A DNA stretch of 64,000 nucleotides, from assembly GCA_963662945.1 (NCBI GenBank), contig OY759974.1:160001-224000 (forward strand). The letters are read 5' to 3'. Each line of letters starts with the position of its first letter. Position 1 is the stretch's first letter. This DNA comes from Arcobacteraceae bacterium. Lineage in GTDB: Bacteria > Campylobacterota > Campylobacteria > Campylobacterales > Arcobacteraceae. The translations under genes and the position numbers were made by a program. Below the pieces are notes generated by a model, which saw nothing but the letters and a program-made list of their open reading frames with translations, did not search any database and was not told where the DNA came from. Positions 49,306 to 59,510 of this stretch are shown in pieces.

Positions 49306-50176
49306 ATTGATTCTTCCATCTTTGGTGAAGCCAAAACCACTCTTGTGGCTTTTTTTCAATTACTCTTTGTGTAACATCTGCTTGTGTTTGTACACATTTT
49401 AAAATATCTTTCTCTTTATCTCCCGTATCTTCATATTTAAAAGGTTCATAAAATTCAACTGTATATTTCTCATAATCATTAGTAGTTATATAAGCTGGTA
49501 TAATCAAGGCATCAAATCTTTTTGCAATCAGTGCAACACTTGGAGTATGTCTAGCAACTTTACCAAAAAAGTTGATTAATATCCCCTCTTCATTTTTTGT
49601 ATTCTGGTCTACAAGAATACCAACTGCTTCATCTTTTTTCAGAGCCTGAATCATCCCTTTCATAGCTCCATGTTTACTTATTACATTCATATTATGTTGT
49701 GTTCTATTTGCTTCTAAAATCTCATTCATGACATCACTATCAAGTTCTCTTCCAACTGTAGTCATTGGTATTAACTTTGCAGATATCGCTAAACCTAAAA
49801 GTTCCCAATTCCCATAATGAGCAGTTAGAAATATAATTTTTTCTTGATTTTTAATTGCATTTGTTACATAATTTTCATTTTTAAACGTTACTTTTGAAAG
49901 AAGTTCTTCTCTTGAAATTCCTTGATTTCTTACAAAATCAGCAAGTGTATATATAAGATTTTTATAACAAGCTTTAATAGTATTTTCTTTTTCCAATTCA
50001 CTCATCAAATTTTCATAAGCTAAATCTAAATTAACTTTCGCAATTTTTCTATGTTTTGTATCAAGTTTATAAATTATCCAAGCTAAACTATTTAATAAAA
50101 AATTTAAAATTACTTTTGGAGTATATTTAATAAAAAACTTAAAAATATAAAATGTATATAAATAAACTTTATCCAA
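49286..50176 (-). CDS. lpxL: lipid A biosynthesis lauroyl/acyltransferase
   Basis: TAHYGNWE, ILVDQ, PQEWFWLHQRWK. Confidence 0.9.
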   Translation of the reverse strand: MDKVYLYTFYIFKFFIKYTPKVILNFLLNSLAWIIYKLDTKHRKIAKVNLDLAYENLMSELEKENTIKACYKNLIYTLADFVRNQGISREELLSKVTFKNENYVTNAIKNQEKIIFLTAHYGNWELLGLAISAKLIPMTTVGRELDSDVMNEILEANRTQHNMNVISKHGAMKGMIQALKKDEAVGILVDQNTKNEEGILINFFGKVARHTPSVALIAKRFDALIIPAYITTNDYEKYTVEFYEPFKYEDTGDKEKDILKCVQTQADVTQRVIEKKPQEWFWLHQRWKNQYEHLYK

Positions 50177-51161
50177 TTAATAATTCCTTCGCTATCTCAC
50201 ATATTTTTTGTGCTTTTATTTCTTTAATACTAAAATCATTCTTATTTAATTTCAGAGGATTAACATAACTATCCGACTTAACTACTTTATTAATCCTCGT
50301 TATATAGGTATTTCTATACTCAGGCGTATTTCCAAATATTGTAATTGAAGGAATATTTAATGCCCATGCTATATGTGTAGGACCTGTATCGGCACCTATA
50401 ACTAACTTTGAATTGCATATTATACCGATTAAGTCATTTAGACTCCCTTTAGGTGCTACTTCTATCAAACTACTCTGTTTTTTCAACCATTGAGCAATTG
50501 AATGTTCTTCTTGGTTTCCCCATACAACTGTAATATTTCTATTTAATCTTTGAGCTAATTCTAAAAATTTTTCTTTTGGATATATTTTATTGACTTTCGA
50601 AGCACCTACTACAAATACAATATCGTATTGTAAATTTTTATTTTTTGTGGAGAATAAAAAAGGTTCTTTTTGTAAGATATCATTGTGTTTAATAGTTATG
50701 CTTAAAGCATTTGATATTAATTTACAATTTCGATCTATTACATTTTTTTCATAAGCAATACTCACAGTTTCATCATAAAACCAGCTTGCCATTTTTTCAC
50801 GTATAGAATCTTTATCAAATCCTATAATTTTACTTCCAACTATTCTACCACCAACTATTTTTGATACAATAGCAGACTTTAAAAGTCCCTGGGCATCAAT
50901 TACTAAATCATAATTATTTTTACCATAACTATTTAATAATTGTAATTGTTTAAATATTTCTAACTTGTTGTTTTTAATTGATTTAAGATTTACTGTTAAG
51001 ATATTATCAATATGAGGATTATTTTCTAAAATTCCCTTAAAAGACTCTTCGACAATCCAATCTATCTGTACTTCAGATATTTGCTTTTTGATAAACTGTA
51101 ACACAACCATAGTATGAATAATGTCACCCATAGCAGATAACTTAACAATACAAATTTTCAT
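50169..51161 (-). CDS. waaC: lipopolysaccharide heptosyltransferase I
   Basis: VKLSAMGDIIH, IDAQGLLKSA, GADTGPTHIA. Confidence 0.93.
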   Translation of the reverse strand: MKICIVKLSAMGDIIHTMVVLQFIKKQISEVQIDWIVEESFKGILENNPHIDNILTVNLKSIKNNKLEIFKQLQLLNSYGKNNYDLVIDAQGLLKSAIVSKIVGGRIVGSKIIGFDKDSIREKMASWFYDETVSIAYEKNVIDRNCKLISNALSITIKHNDILQKEPFLFSTKNKNLQYDIVFVVGASKVNKIYPKEKFLELAQRLNRNITVVWGNQEEHSIAQWLKKQSSLIEVAPKGSLNDLIGIICNSKLVIGADTGPTHIAWALNIPSITIFGNTPEYRNTYITRINKVVKSDSYVNPLKLNKNDFSIKEIKAQKICEIAKELLIG

Positions 51162-51162
51162 T

Positions 51163-52641
51163 TTAGTCTAGTTCTACAACTATGTCTTTTGGTAATTCTA
51201 TCTTAATAAGATCACTTTTTATAAGATGATTTTCATCTTCTGAACTTACTTTTAGAAGATTATCTTCAAGTACAAAATCATATTTTATTTTTCCATATTC
51301 TGTATTTAACGTTAAATTTAAAGTCATCATAAAATTTAACCAGTGAATTGTATCTATTGAAGGTAACAAATTACCAAATTGATTTATATCGTCAGTTTTA
51401 GGAAGTGCTTTACCACTATATTTTGCAACAATTGAGATTAATACTTTTTCTTCATGAGAAAATCCATAATTTAATCCATTTAAAATAAACCAAAAAGAGT
51501 TTTCTTGCGTTTTATAAAAATTCAAAGATTGTCCAATAAGCTGTAACTTTGAAGCAATAACTAAAATTGAACTATATTCTGAACTTAATTGATGTAATGG
51601 TTGTAATACTTCAAATATTTTTTTTGCATTATTTCCTAAATATGCACTTTGTGTATGATCATCTACAAATCTATCTAGTAAACTTCTCACACTAGGATTA
51701 AAGTTTGATGGAAACTTATGATTTGCTGTTCTTAGGATATCGCATAAATATACCCCTTCTCTTACACCAACTCCACTCGTAATAACATTTTGAACTTGAA
51801 AATATTCTAAAATTGTCTTAAAAATAAAAGTTCCAGTGGCAATAGTATCATATCTATCTTTTCTAATACCTACTTGTCTTAATTCTTTTTTTGTTTGTGC
51901 ATTAATTATAGTATCAAATAATCCTATATTTTGTTCTACACTATATTTAAATCCATGTAAAGTATCTATAGGATACTGTATGTTTTGTATAACACAACGA
52001 CTAAGAGCTCTTGAAGTTCCACCTAGTCCAATAATATGTTCAAAAAGATAATAATATGTTGTAAAAACTTCTTTATTATTTTCAATCTGACTCACTATGT
52101 AGTTTTTTGCACCTTTTAAATCATTTTTATTAAAAAACAATTCTTGAATTCTTACTGTTCCTATATTCAAAGATATAGTTTCAACTATTTTTTGTTCTTT
52201 AACAAATGCAAACTCAGTACTTCCACCACCTATATCCATTGTCACAAAATCATTACAATTTAAAAGATTTAATGCAGCAACTCCACCATAATACGCTTCT
52301 TTCTGCCCATCAATTACTTTTATATTGAGTTTTAATTCTCTAGAAACTCGATTTAAAAATAATTTTGCATTTGGAGCATCACGTAAAGCAGAAGTGGCTA
52401 CACATAATATTTTTCGCGATTTTAAATTTTTCGCAATATTAAGAAAAGATTTAAGAGCATCGTAGGCTCTTTGCATAGGAATTTCTTGTAGGTTACCATC
52501 ATTTTCATAACAACCTTCACTAATTTTTACTTTTGATTTTGATTCATTTATTAAATGAAAAGCATATCGACTGGTCTTTTTAAAAACAACCATCCGCATT
52601 GAGTTCGAACCAATATCAATGATGGTTGTTATTTTTGCCAT
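51163..52641 (-). CDS. ppx: Ppx/GppA phosphatase
   Basis: IDIGSNSMR, ATSALRDA, DIGGGSTE, GVREG. Confidence 0.92.
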   Translation of the reverse strand: MAKITTIIDIGSNSMRMVVFKKTSRYAFHLINESKSKVKISEGCYENDGNLQEIPMQRAYDALKSFLNIAKNLKSRKILCVATSALRDAPNAKLFLNRVSRELKLNIKVIDGQKEAYYGGVAALNLLNCNDFVTMDIGGGSTEFAFVKEQKIVETISLNIGTVRIQELFFNKNDLKGAKNYIVSQIENNKEVFTTYYYLFEHIIGLGGTSRALSRCVIQNIQYPIDTLHGFKYSVEQNIGLFDTIINAQTKKELRQVGIRKDRYDTIATGTFIFKTILEYFQVQNVITSGVGVREGVYLCDILRTANHKFPSNFNPSVRSLLDRFVDDHTQSAYLGNNAKKIFEVLQPLHQLSSEYSSILVIASKLQLIGQSLNFYKTQENSFWFILNGLNYGFSHEEKVLISIVAKYSGKALPKTDDINQFGNLLPSIDTIHWLNFMMTLNLTLNTEYGKIKYDFVLEDNLLKVSSEDENHLIKSDLIKIELPKDIVVELD

Positions 52642-52893
52642 TTAGTCTTCTTTTTCCAATTGATCAAATTTAAACTGTAACTCTTCCATTGTTTCTTGAT
52701 TGTCAGGATCTAAAACGATACAATCAACAGGACAAACTTCAATACATTGAGGCTCATCAAAACTTCCGACACACTCTGTACATAAATCCGAATCTATAAT
52801 ATATATCGGATCTCCCTCTTCTATAGCGATATTTGGACACTCTTCTCTACAAGCATCACAAGCAATACACTCATCTGTTATCATTAATGACAT
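52642..52893 (-). CDS. YfhL-family 2[4Fe-4S] ferredoxin
   Basis: CIACDACREECP and CTECVG...C..VCPVDC. Confidence 0.93.
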   Translation of the reverse strand: MSLMITDECIACDACREECPNIAIEEGDPIYIIDSDLCTECVGSFDEPQCIEVCPVDCIVLDPDNQETMEELQFKFDQLEKED

Positions 52894-52992
52894 ATAAACT
52901 TTCCTATAATTAAATTTAATGGATTTATAACCTAATTTTCTTTAATAAATTCTTTAATTATATTAAGTACATATAATTTTTACTTTTTTAAC

Positions 52993-53634
52993 TTAACTTG
53001 CTAATACATCATCACCGAATACATCTTCTCTTATGTTTCTTTTTTTCACGTAATTATTAAGACCAATATGATTATTGTAACCAAGTACTTTTGCTATTTT
53101 TCTTACACTTAAACCAACACCTAATAACTCTTCTATTTTATCTCTTTGTTGATCAAATTTTGATTTTTGAATAGTTCCTTTTGGTTTACCCAAAGATACA
53201 CCATCAAGTTTTTTTGCTGTTAATGCTTCTTTAGTTCTTAGACTCATTAAGTCTTTTTCAAGATTGATAGTCATACCTATAACACCTAATATCATTTTTG
53301 TAAGCATATCATCTTTACTGACAAAATCTAAATTTTGAGTTACACTGATTATTCTTACTCCATGGTTTAGTAAAAATTTTATATTCTTCAAAATAGATGC
53401 TGTTGTACGTCCAAATACATTGATATCATAAACAACTACTACACATCCATTTTTACAAGTTTCTAAAATTTTATGAATGTTAGTTTCTTCATCTGGAACA
53501 TTTACTTCTACTTCAATATTTTTATCTAATTGAAGTTTATTTTCTTTAATATATTTTGCAATTCCTAACGCTTGTGCATCTGTATATTCATCATTGTTTT
53601 TATTCACTCTTATAAAACTTACTACTTTTTGCAT
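52993..53634 (-). CDS. serine recombinase (resolvase) homolog lacking the catalytic serine
   Basis: Resolvase fold with EKDLMSLRTKEAL...LGKPKG and C-terminal HTH, but FIRVN replaces YxRVS and INVFGR replaces LDRLGR. Confidence 0.8.
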   Translation of the reverse strand: MQKVVSFIRVNKNNDEYTDAQALGIAKYIKENKLQLDKNIEVEVNVPDEETNIHKILETCKNGCVVVVYDINVFGRTTASILKNIKFLLNHGVRIISVTQNLDFVSKDDMLTKMILGVIGMTINLEKDLMSLRTKEALTAKKLDGVSLGKPKGTIQKSKFDQQRDKIEELLGVGLSVRKIAKVLGYNNHIGLNNYVKKRNIREDVFGDDVLAS

Positions 53635-53826
53635 GACAATTTCCTTATATATTTTGTATTAATTATATATTTATAATAATACAATATTTATTAGTTTTAA
53701 ATTAAAACTTATACAAAATGTTATCATTTATATCCTTAAACTAAAATTAAGAATTGTAAATTAACTAATTAAAATTTGTTCAAAAGTGCTTTTTTGATAA
53801 AATACAAAAAAATAAAGGGATAATTC

Positions 53827-54405
53827 TTGGAATATACACAAAACATAAAGAGATTAGTTGTTGGAATATCAGGTGCTTCTGGTGTTGAGCTAGGATTAAA
53901 GTTTATAAAATATATTCCAGAAAACATAGAAATTTATCTAATATTATCAAATAGTGCTAAACATACTTTATCCCTAGAATCCAATAAAGTAAATATTCAA
54001 AATATACCTAATAGATCAAATCTAACTTTATTAGATGATAAAGACTTGGGTGCTTGTGTTTCATCTGGTTCTTTTCAAACAGATGGTTACATTATTGTTC
54101 CTTGTAGTATGAATACTTTAGCAAAATGTACTGTAGGTATTTCAGATACATTGATAACAAGAGTATTCAGTGTAATGTTAAAAGAAAGACGCAATATAGT
54201 TCTTGCTCCAAGAGAAATGCCTTATAACACAATACAATTAGAAAATATGGCAAAGCTATCATCACTTGGTATTAGTATTGCACCTCCAGTATTAGGCTAC
54301 TATAGTGAACAACAAACTTTAGAAGAGATGGAAAAGTTTATTATTGGGAAATGGTTTGATTTACTTCATATAGAACATAATTTATTTAAAAGATGGGGAA
54401 AATAA
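53827..54405 (+). CDS. ubiX: flavin prenyltransferase
   Basis: GISGASG, SSGSF, PCSMNTLA, LKERR, PREMP. Confidence 0.93.
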   Translation: MEYTQNIKRLVVGISGASGVELGLKFIKYIPENIEIYLILSNSAKHTLSLESNKVNIQNIPNRSNLTLLDDKDLGACVSSGSFQTDGYIIVPCSMNTLAKCTVGISDTLITRVFSVMLKERRNIVLAPREMPYNTIQLENMAKLSSLGISIAPPVLGYYSEQQTLEEMEKFIIGKWFDLLHIEHNLFKRWGK

Positions 54406-54406
54406 A

Positions 54407-54910
54407 GTGACACAAAATACAAAAAGACGAGCTATCTATAGTGGTACTTTTGATCCAATAACAAATGGTCATGTGGATATCATTAAAAGAGGATTAAAAA
54501 TATACGATGAGATAATTATTGCTGTGGCAAACTCTAGCGCAAAATCTCCAATGTTTAATATTAATACTAGGGTATTACTTATACAAAAGACCTTTGAAGG
54601 GCTAAAAAATGTCAAAGTAGAATCTTTTGATACATTGCTTGTAGATTTTGCAAAAGAAAAAAATGTGTATAATGTAATAAGAGGTTTAAGAACTACCACA
54701 GACTTTGAATATGAACTACAAATGTCTTATGCAAATAGTTCTTTAGATAAAAATTTAGATACAGTATTTTTAATGCCTACTTTAGAGAATGCATTTGTAA
54801 GTTCTTCTGTTGTAAGAGAACTTATAAGATTCAACGGAAAATATGATCATCTAGTACCAATAGAAACACTAAATATGTTAAATAAAGAGGTAAAAAAACA
54901 ATGTATGTAA
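54407..54910 (+). CDS. coaD: phosphopantetheine adenylyltransferase
   Basis: GTFDPITNGH, IRGLR...DFEYE, VSSSVVRE. Confidence 0.96.
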   Translation: MTQNTKRRAIYSGTFDPITNGHVDIIKRGLKIYDEIIIAVANSSAKSPMFNINTRVLLIQKTFEGLKNVKVESFDTLLVDFAKEKNVYNVIRGLRTTTDFEYELQMSYANSSLDKNLDTVFLMPTLENAFVSSSVVRELIRFNGKYDHLVPIETLNMLNKEVKKQCM

Positions 54911-55488
54911 TAATAGAAGGTATCGATACAGCAGGGAAATCAACACAGCTTGATATACTCAAACAAAAATATCCAGAAGCAATATTCACAAAGGAACCAG
55001 GTGGAACACAAATAGGTTTAAAACTTAGAGAAATGGTACTTAATGGTGAAGCAAAATCAAAAGTTGCAGAAATGTTTTTATTTTTAGCTGATCGTGCTGA
55101 GCATAGTTTTGAAATCGTAAAAAAACATCGAGATGAAATTGTCATAAGTGATAGAGGGTTTTTAAGTGGAATTGCTTATGCTAAAACTGCCCCTTTAGAG
55201 ATAGCAATTAGTTTAAATATAATGGCCTTAAATGGTGCAATGCCAGACAAAATCATTATTCTAGAATTATCAAAAGAAGAATTAGAATATAGACTTTCAC
55301 AAAAAGAACAAGATAGCATAGAAAAAAGAGGTAGTGGATATCTTCTTGAAATACAACAAAGAATGATTGATGCCATAAATATGATTAACAGTATGGGACA
55401 AGTAAAAATTGACTTATTAAGAGTTGATGCAAAACAACCTATAGAAACAATAGCAACACAAATAGAACAGTTTTTAGAGAAAAATTAA
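54901..55488 (+). CDS. tmk: thymidylate kinase
   Basis: EGIDTAGKST, TKEPGG, LFLADR, ISDR. Confidence 0.95.
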   Translation: MYVIIEGIDTAGKSTQLDILKQKYPEAIFTKEPGGTQIGLKLREMVLNGEAKSKVAEMFLFLADRAEHSFEIVKKHRDEIVISDRGFLSGIAYAKTAPLEIAISLNIMALNGAMPDKIIILELSKEELEYRLSQKEQDSIEKRGSGYLLEIQQRMIDAINMINSMGQVKIDLLRVDAKQPIETIATQIEQFLEKN

Positions 55489-55492
55489 ATCT

Positions 55493-57112
55493 CTAAAATG
55501 ACTCTATTATAGGTTTTGGAATTGGTGCTGAGAAGTGATATCCTTGAGAATAATTAGTACCTAATTCTTTTGTAATATTAAAAATTTCTTCATTTTCAAC
55601 ATACTCTGCTATTGTTTTAAGATTTAAACTTTTTGCAAATTCAATAATTGTTTTTACAACTTTATAACTATTATCATCATTCGCAATATTTCTTATGAGT
55701 GAAGCATCAATTTTTAAATAATCTACATTCATTTTTAATAGATGTTCAAAATTAGAATACCCACTTCCAAAATCATCAATAGCAACCTTACATCCAAGAC
55801 TCTTCATCTCTTGAATAAATTCAAATAATAAATCATAGTTTTTAATTCCTTCATCTTCTAGAATTTCCCAAACTACTCTATTTGCCACATTATATTTTTT
55901 CAATTTTTCTTTTATAAAATTTATAAAATCACTATCTTGAATATCTTCATAAGATACATTAATAGAAAATTCAAATGGTAAATTTTCAAACTCTCTAAAA
56001 GATTTTTCTATAACTATTTTTGTAATATTTGCATATTGGTTTGCTTTTTTTGATACATCTAGAAAGAAAAATGGGGCAATAACCTTATCATCATCTAACA
56101 TTCGTACTAGACATTCATATTTGTCTACTTTCATAGTTTCATTATTTACAAGTGGTTGAAAATAAACAATTATATTATCACTATCCATTGCCTTTTTTAA
56201 CTTTTTTGTCCACAACATATTTTTTTCGTATTCTCTGATATTATCAAGTTCTTCATAGAATACTAAATAATTCTTATGTTGTTGTTTTGCAGCATGTAAT
56301 GCTAAATCTGCCGTAATAAGCTTATTGTTTTTAGGTGAAAAAGTTATTCCAGAAGTTGCTCTAATGTCTATTTCATGTTCACCTTCATAAATAACATTAC
56401 TTTCAATTGAACCTAAAATATATACAATTAAATCTTCAAATTCACTTTTGGATAATCCTATATTAGCTAAACAATATACATCTGCTGAAAATTTATACAG
56501 AATAACTTTCTCTCTTACAAACTTTGTCATTTCATTAATAATTTCTACTATTTTTTTTAAAATAACATCACCTATTCTATGTCCAAAGAAATCATTTATT
56601 TCTTTAAAAGAATTAATATCTATGACAGCTAATGCATTGATACCTAAATCTTTTTTTTGCACATCATGTATAAGTTTTGCTCTATTTGGTAACTGTGTGA
56701 GATTATCAATATAAAGGAGTTTTTTTATATCATTTTCATGTTGTAACTCTTTTTTGTACATCATTTGACAGAATTTAATTTTATTGAATACGAGACTATC
56801 ATACCTTTTGATTTCAATAAAATCATAAATTAAAAGATGTTGGTACTTTTCAATATTATCGTAATCTCCAACAAGTAATATTGGTATCTCTTTAAATTTG
56901 TCATTATATTTTGATATAAGATTATCCAAAGCTTCTATTTCAAAATAATTTGTATTTAAAATAATAATATGAATATTATATGATTCTAAATATTTAGTAA
57001 TAGTATCTTGATTGTATCCATGATAAATTGTTTTATCAGTCAACGGTTCTAAGATTTGTGTTGTTAAATGATATGAGCGACTTTCATCAATCAATAAAAT
57101 ATTATAAATCAT
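55493..57112 (-). CDS. REC-like / degenerate GGDEF / EAL c-di-GMP phosphodiesterase
   Basis: DNLTQLPNR with GGDEF replaced by SADVY; ECLVR, IDDFGSGYSN, KIDAS, AEYVE and QGY intact. Confidence 0.88.
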   Translation of the reverse strand: MIYNILLIDESRSYHLTTQILEPLTDKTIYHGYNQDTITKYLESYNIHIIILNTNYFEIEALDNLISKYNDKFKEIPILLVGDYDNIEKYQHLLIYDFIEIKRYDSLVFNKIKFCQMMYKKELQHENDIKKLLYIDNLTQLPNRAKLIHDVQKKDLGINALAVIDINSFKEINDFFGHRIGDVILKKIVEIINEMTKFVREKVILYKFSADVYCLANIGLSKSEFEDLIVYILGSIESNVIYEGEHEIDIRATSGITFSPKNNKLITADLALHAAKQQHKNYLVFYEELDNIREYEKNMLWTKKLKKAMDSDNIIVYFQPLVNNETMKVDKYECLVRMLDDDKVIAPFFFLDVSKKANQYANITKIVIEKSFREFENLPFEFSINVSYEDIQDSDFINFIKEKLKKYNVANRVVWEILEDEGIKNYDLLFEFIQEMKSLGCKVAIDDFGSGYSNFEHLLKMNVDYLKIDASLIRNIANDDNSYKVVKTIIEFAKSLNLKTIAEYVENEEIFNITKELGTNYSQGYHFSAPIPKPIIESF

Positions 57113-57156
57113 AGGGAATTATACATAATTCGTTATTAATACTATATAATAAATTA

Positions 57157-57951
57157 TTATTTAAAAACAACACTTAAATAACCTACTACACTATTTGTAT
57201 CATAACTTGTATCTGCACTTGTGCGATAATCAAATATTTTTGATTCTAAACCTAATTCATTTGCAGCTTCTATCATCGCTTTAACACCTATTATACCACA
57301 AGCTTCACAACCTTTATCAAAAAGTTTTATATCTTGTTTTTGAATTGCTTCTAAACATATACTATCGCGTGCTTTCGCTTCATTCAAACTATAAAAATGA
57401 CTTAAATCTGTACTAATAATAACTAGATTTTGTTCATCCTCAAGTAAATATCTGACTACCTTAGCAATATTAGGGAACTCACAATTACTGTAAATAATTT
57501 CAACAACATCAACATCACCCCCATAATATTTAATAAAAGGAAATTGCGTTTCCGTTGAATGTTCACAATGAACCTGTTCATTAAATCCTATAAAATCAAA
57601 TTTATTTATAAGTTCATTAGTTAAACTTTTATTGATTGTGAGAGTTCCAAATGGTGTAGGATAAGTATCATATAAAGCTACACTAGCACCAGGAAATGCA
57701 AACTTATGTGATGGACCTATTACAATAATATTTTTTATAGTTTTTGGAATATATCTATAAACCATATTTGCAGTAAACCCACTATAAATATATCCTGCGT
57801 GTGGTACAATCATAGCTCTTGGAATTATACTTTTATCCAAAGAGATATTATTTTCTTTTAAAATTGAATTGAAATGCTCAATATATCGTGTAATTTCATC
57901 TTTACTCTTAGGATAAAAAGTACCAGCAACCGCTAATTTCCGTTCACTCAT
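57157..57951 (-). CDS. amrB: AmmeMemoRadiSam system protein B (MEMO1 family)
   Basis: AVAGTFYP, PHAGYIYSG, EHSTE, STDLSHF, VVGY. Confidence 0.92.
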   Translation of the reverse strand: MSERKLAVAGTFYPKSKDEITRYIEHFNSILKENNISLDKSIIPRAMIVPHAGYIYSGFTANMVYRYIPKTIKNIIVIGPSHKFAFPGASVALYDTYPTPFGTLTINKSLTNELINKFDFIGFNEQVHCEHSTETQFPFIKYYGGDVDVVEIIYSNCEFPNIAKVVRYLLEDEQNLVIISTDLSHFYSLNEAKARDSICLEAIQKQDIKLFDKGCEACGIIGVKAMIEAANELGLESKIFDYRTSADTSYDTNSVVGYLSVVFK

Positions 57952-58814
57952 ATTAAACCTCCTACATTTCCCAAATAAATATTTTTTAATCCAACTTGAT
58001 AGCCTATTTCACGTGCATTTTTTAAACTTTCTATAGAAGTTCTAGGAAGTTCTAATTCTTTATAATCAGGATGAAAAGCTGAAATGTGCCAAACTATATT
58101 TTCACCCAGTTCATCTACAATAAAGGATGCTATTTTTTCTATCTCTTCTTTACTGTCATTTTGTGTCGGTACAAGAAGAGTTGTTATCTCTGTATGAATA
58201 CCATTACTCACAAAAAATTTTAAATTTTCTAAAATAACTTCAAGCTTACCACCCAAATTCTTTTTATAATATCTTTCATCAAATGATTTTAAATCAATAT
58301 TAACTGCATCTATAAGCCCAACCATTGCATGACAAACTTCTGATGATTCAAAACCATTACTTACCATAATGTTTTTTAGTCCATTTTTATGTGCTAAGGT
58401 TGCTATATCTTTAATATAGGGGAAAAATATTGTGGGTTCATTGTATGTATATGAAATAGAATCGCAGCCATAATGTAGCGTTAAATTAACAATATCTTTC
58501 GGTGTATAATAGTGTGTTTTATCAATTTTATCTGTTTGAGAAAGTTGCCAATTTTGACAAAACGAACAATGAAAATTACATCCAACAGTTCCTATTGAAA
58601 ATGTTTTTGTTTTGGGTAAGAAATGATATAAGGGTTTTTTTTCAATTGGATCTATATGCATAGCATTTGGATATCCATACACCAAACACTCTATCTGATC
58701 CCCTACATTTTTATTAACTTTACAAATTCCAACTTGCCCTACTTTTATATTACAATAATGCCCACATAACAAACAAGTCATCTTATCTTCTGAACTTTGT
58801 TTATAAAACTGCAT
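57948..58814 (-). CDS. amrS: AmmeMemoRadiSam system radical SAM enzyme
   Basis: DPIEKKPLYHF, GCNFHCSFCQN, YTYNEP, HISAFHPDY. Confidence 0.93.
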   Translation of the reverse strand: MQFYKQSSEDKMTCLLCGHYCNIKVGQVGICKVNKNVGDQIECLVYGYPNAMHIDPIEKKPLYHFLPKTKTFSIGTVGCNFHCSFCQNWQLSQTDKIDKTHYYTPKDIVNLTLHYGCDSISYTYNEPTIFFPYIKDIATLAHKNGLKNIMVSNGFESSEVCHAMVGLIDAVNIDLKSFDERYYKKNLGGKLEVILENLKFFVSNGIHTEITTLLVPTQNDSKEEIEKIASFIVDELGENIVWHISAFHPDYKELELPRTSIESLKNAREIGYQVGLKNIYLGNVGGLI

Positions 58815-58815
58815 T

Positions 58816-59379
58816 TTATTGCTCTTGAATTTTCTCTACTGTGTAAGTAAATATTTGAGGAGCCTGATTTTGTTCAATCATCTCTAAACCAGCTTTTTTA
58901 TAAAGATGATACATAAACATATCAAAATCAGGTATCTCTTCCCAAACTTGAGGTAAAAATGTAGACTGAAAAGATCCAAGTTTTAAAATCACTCCATGTA
59001 TATTTGGTTTGATTTTAGATTTTAAATCTTTGAAATCTTTATATTTTACTTCTGTAATGGGACTTATAAGTGATATTTCTACTTTTATATTATCAAATTC
59101 TTCTTGACTCAAAGGATTAAATCGTGGGTCTTCAAAAGCAGCTTTTCTAGCATTTGTTGTCAAATCATTATATAAAGTTGTATGGGGAACTAATGAACCT
59201 ATACATCCTCTTAAGTGTCCGTTTATAGTTAAAGTTACAAAAGTTGCTGCATTTTTATTGAAATTTGGAAATTTTTCTAAAAATTCTTCTTTATTTAAAG
59301 TATGTTTGCTATAGAGCTCATCAAAAATTGCAACCCTAACTAAATTTACTAGTAACTCACCTATTTTTTCTACATCCAT
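58816..59379 (-). CDS. amrA: AmmeMemoRadiSam system protein A (AMMECR1 family)
   Basis: FVTL...LRGCIG, AAFEDPRF, TFLPQVW, KAG. Confidence 0.92.
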   Translation of the reverse strand: MDVEKIGELLVNLVRVAIFDELYSKHTLNKEEFLEKFPNFNKNAATFVTLTINGHLRGCIGSLVPHTTLYNDLTTNARKAAFEDPRFNPLSQEEFDNIKVEISLISPITEVKYKDFKDLKSKIKPNIHGVILKLGSFQSTFLPQVWEEIPDFDMFMYHLYKKAGLEMIEQNQAPQIFTYTVEKIQEQ

Positions 59380-59510
59380 AACAAATCCTTCTACATCTTG
59401 ACAAATTTATTAATTATACCAAATATTCTTGATTTCATCAATCTATAAAAAAATTTTAGATACAATCGCGGATAATAATATTAAAGAATAAAGAAATTCA
59501 AGGAACACAA

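Noticed and set aside
52993-53826. Transposon or invertible segment around the resolvase homolog
   Set aside because: No transposase, terminal repeats or target duplication seen, and the catalytic residues are missing
55493-57112. Active diguanylate cyclase
   Set aside because: GGDEF motif is degenerate (SADVY); this is common in EAL phosphodiesterases and not notable
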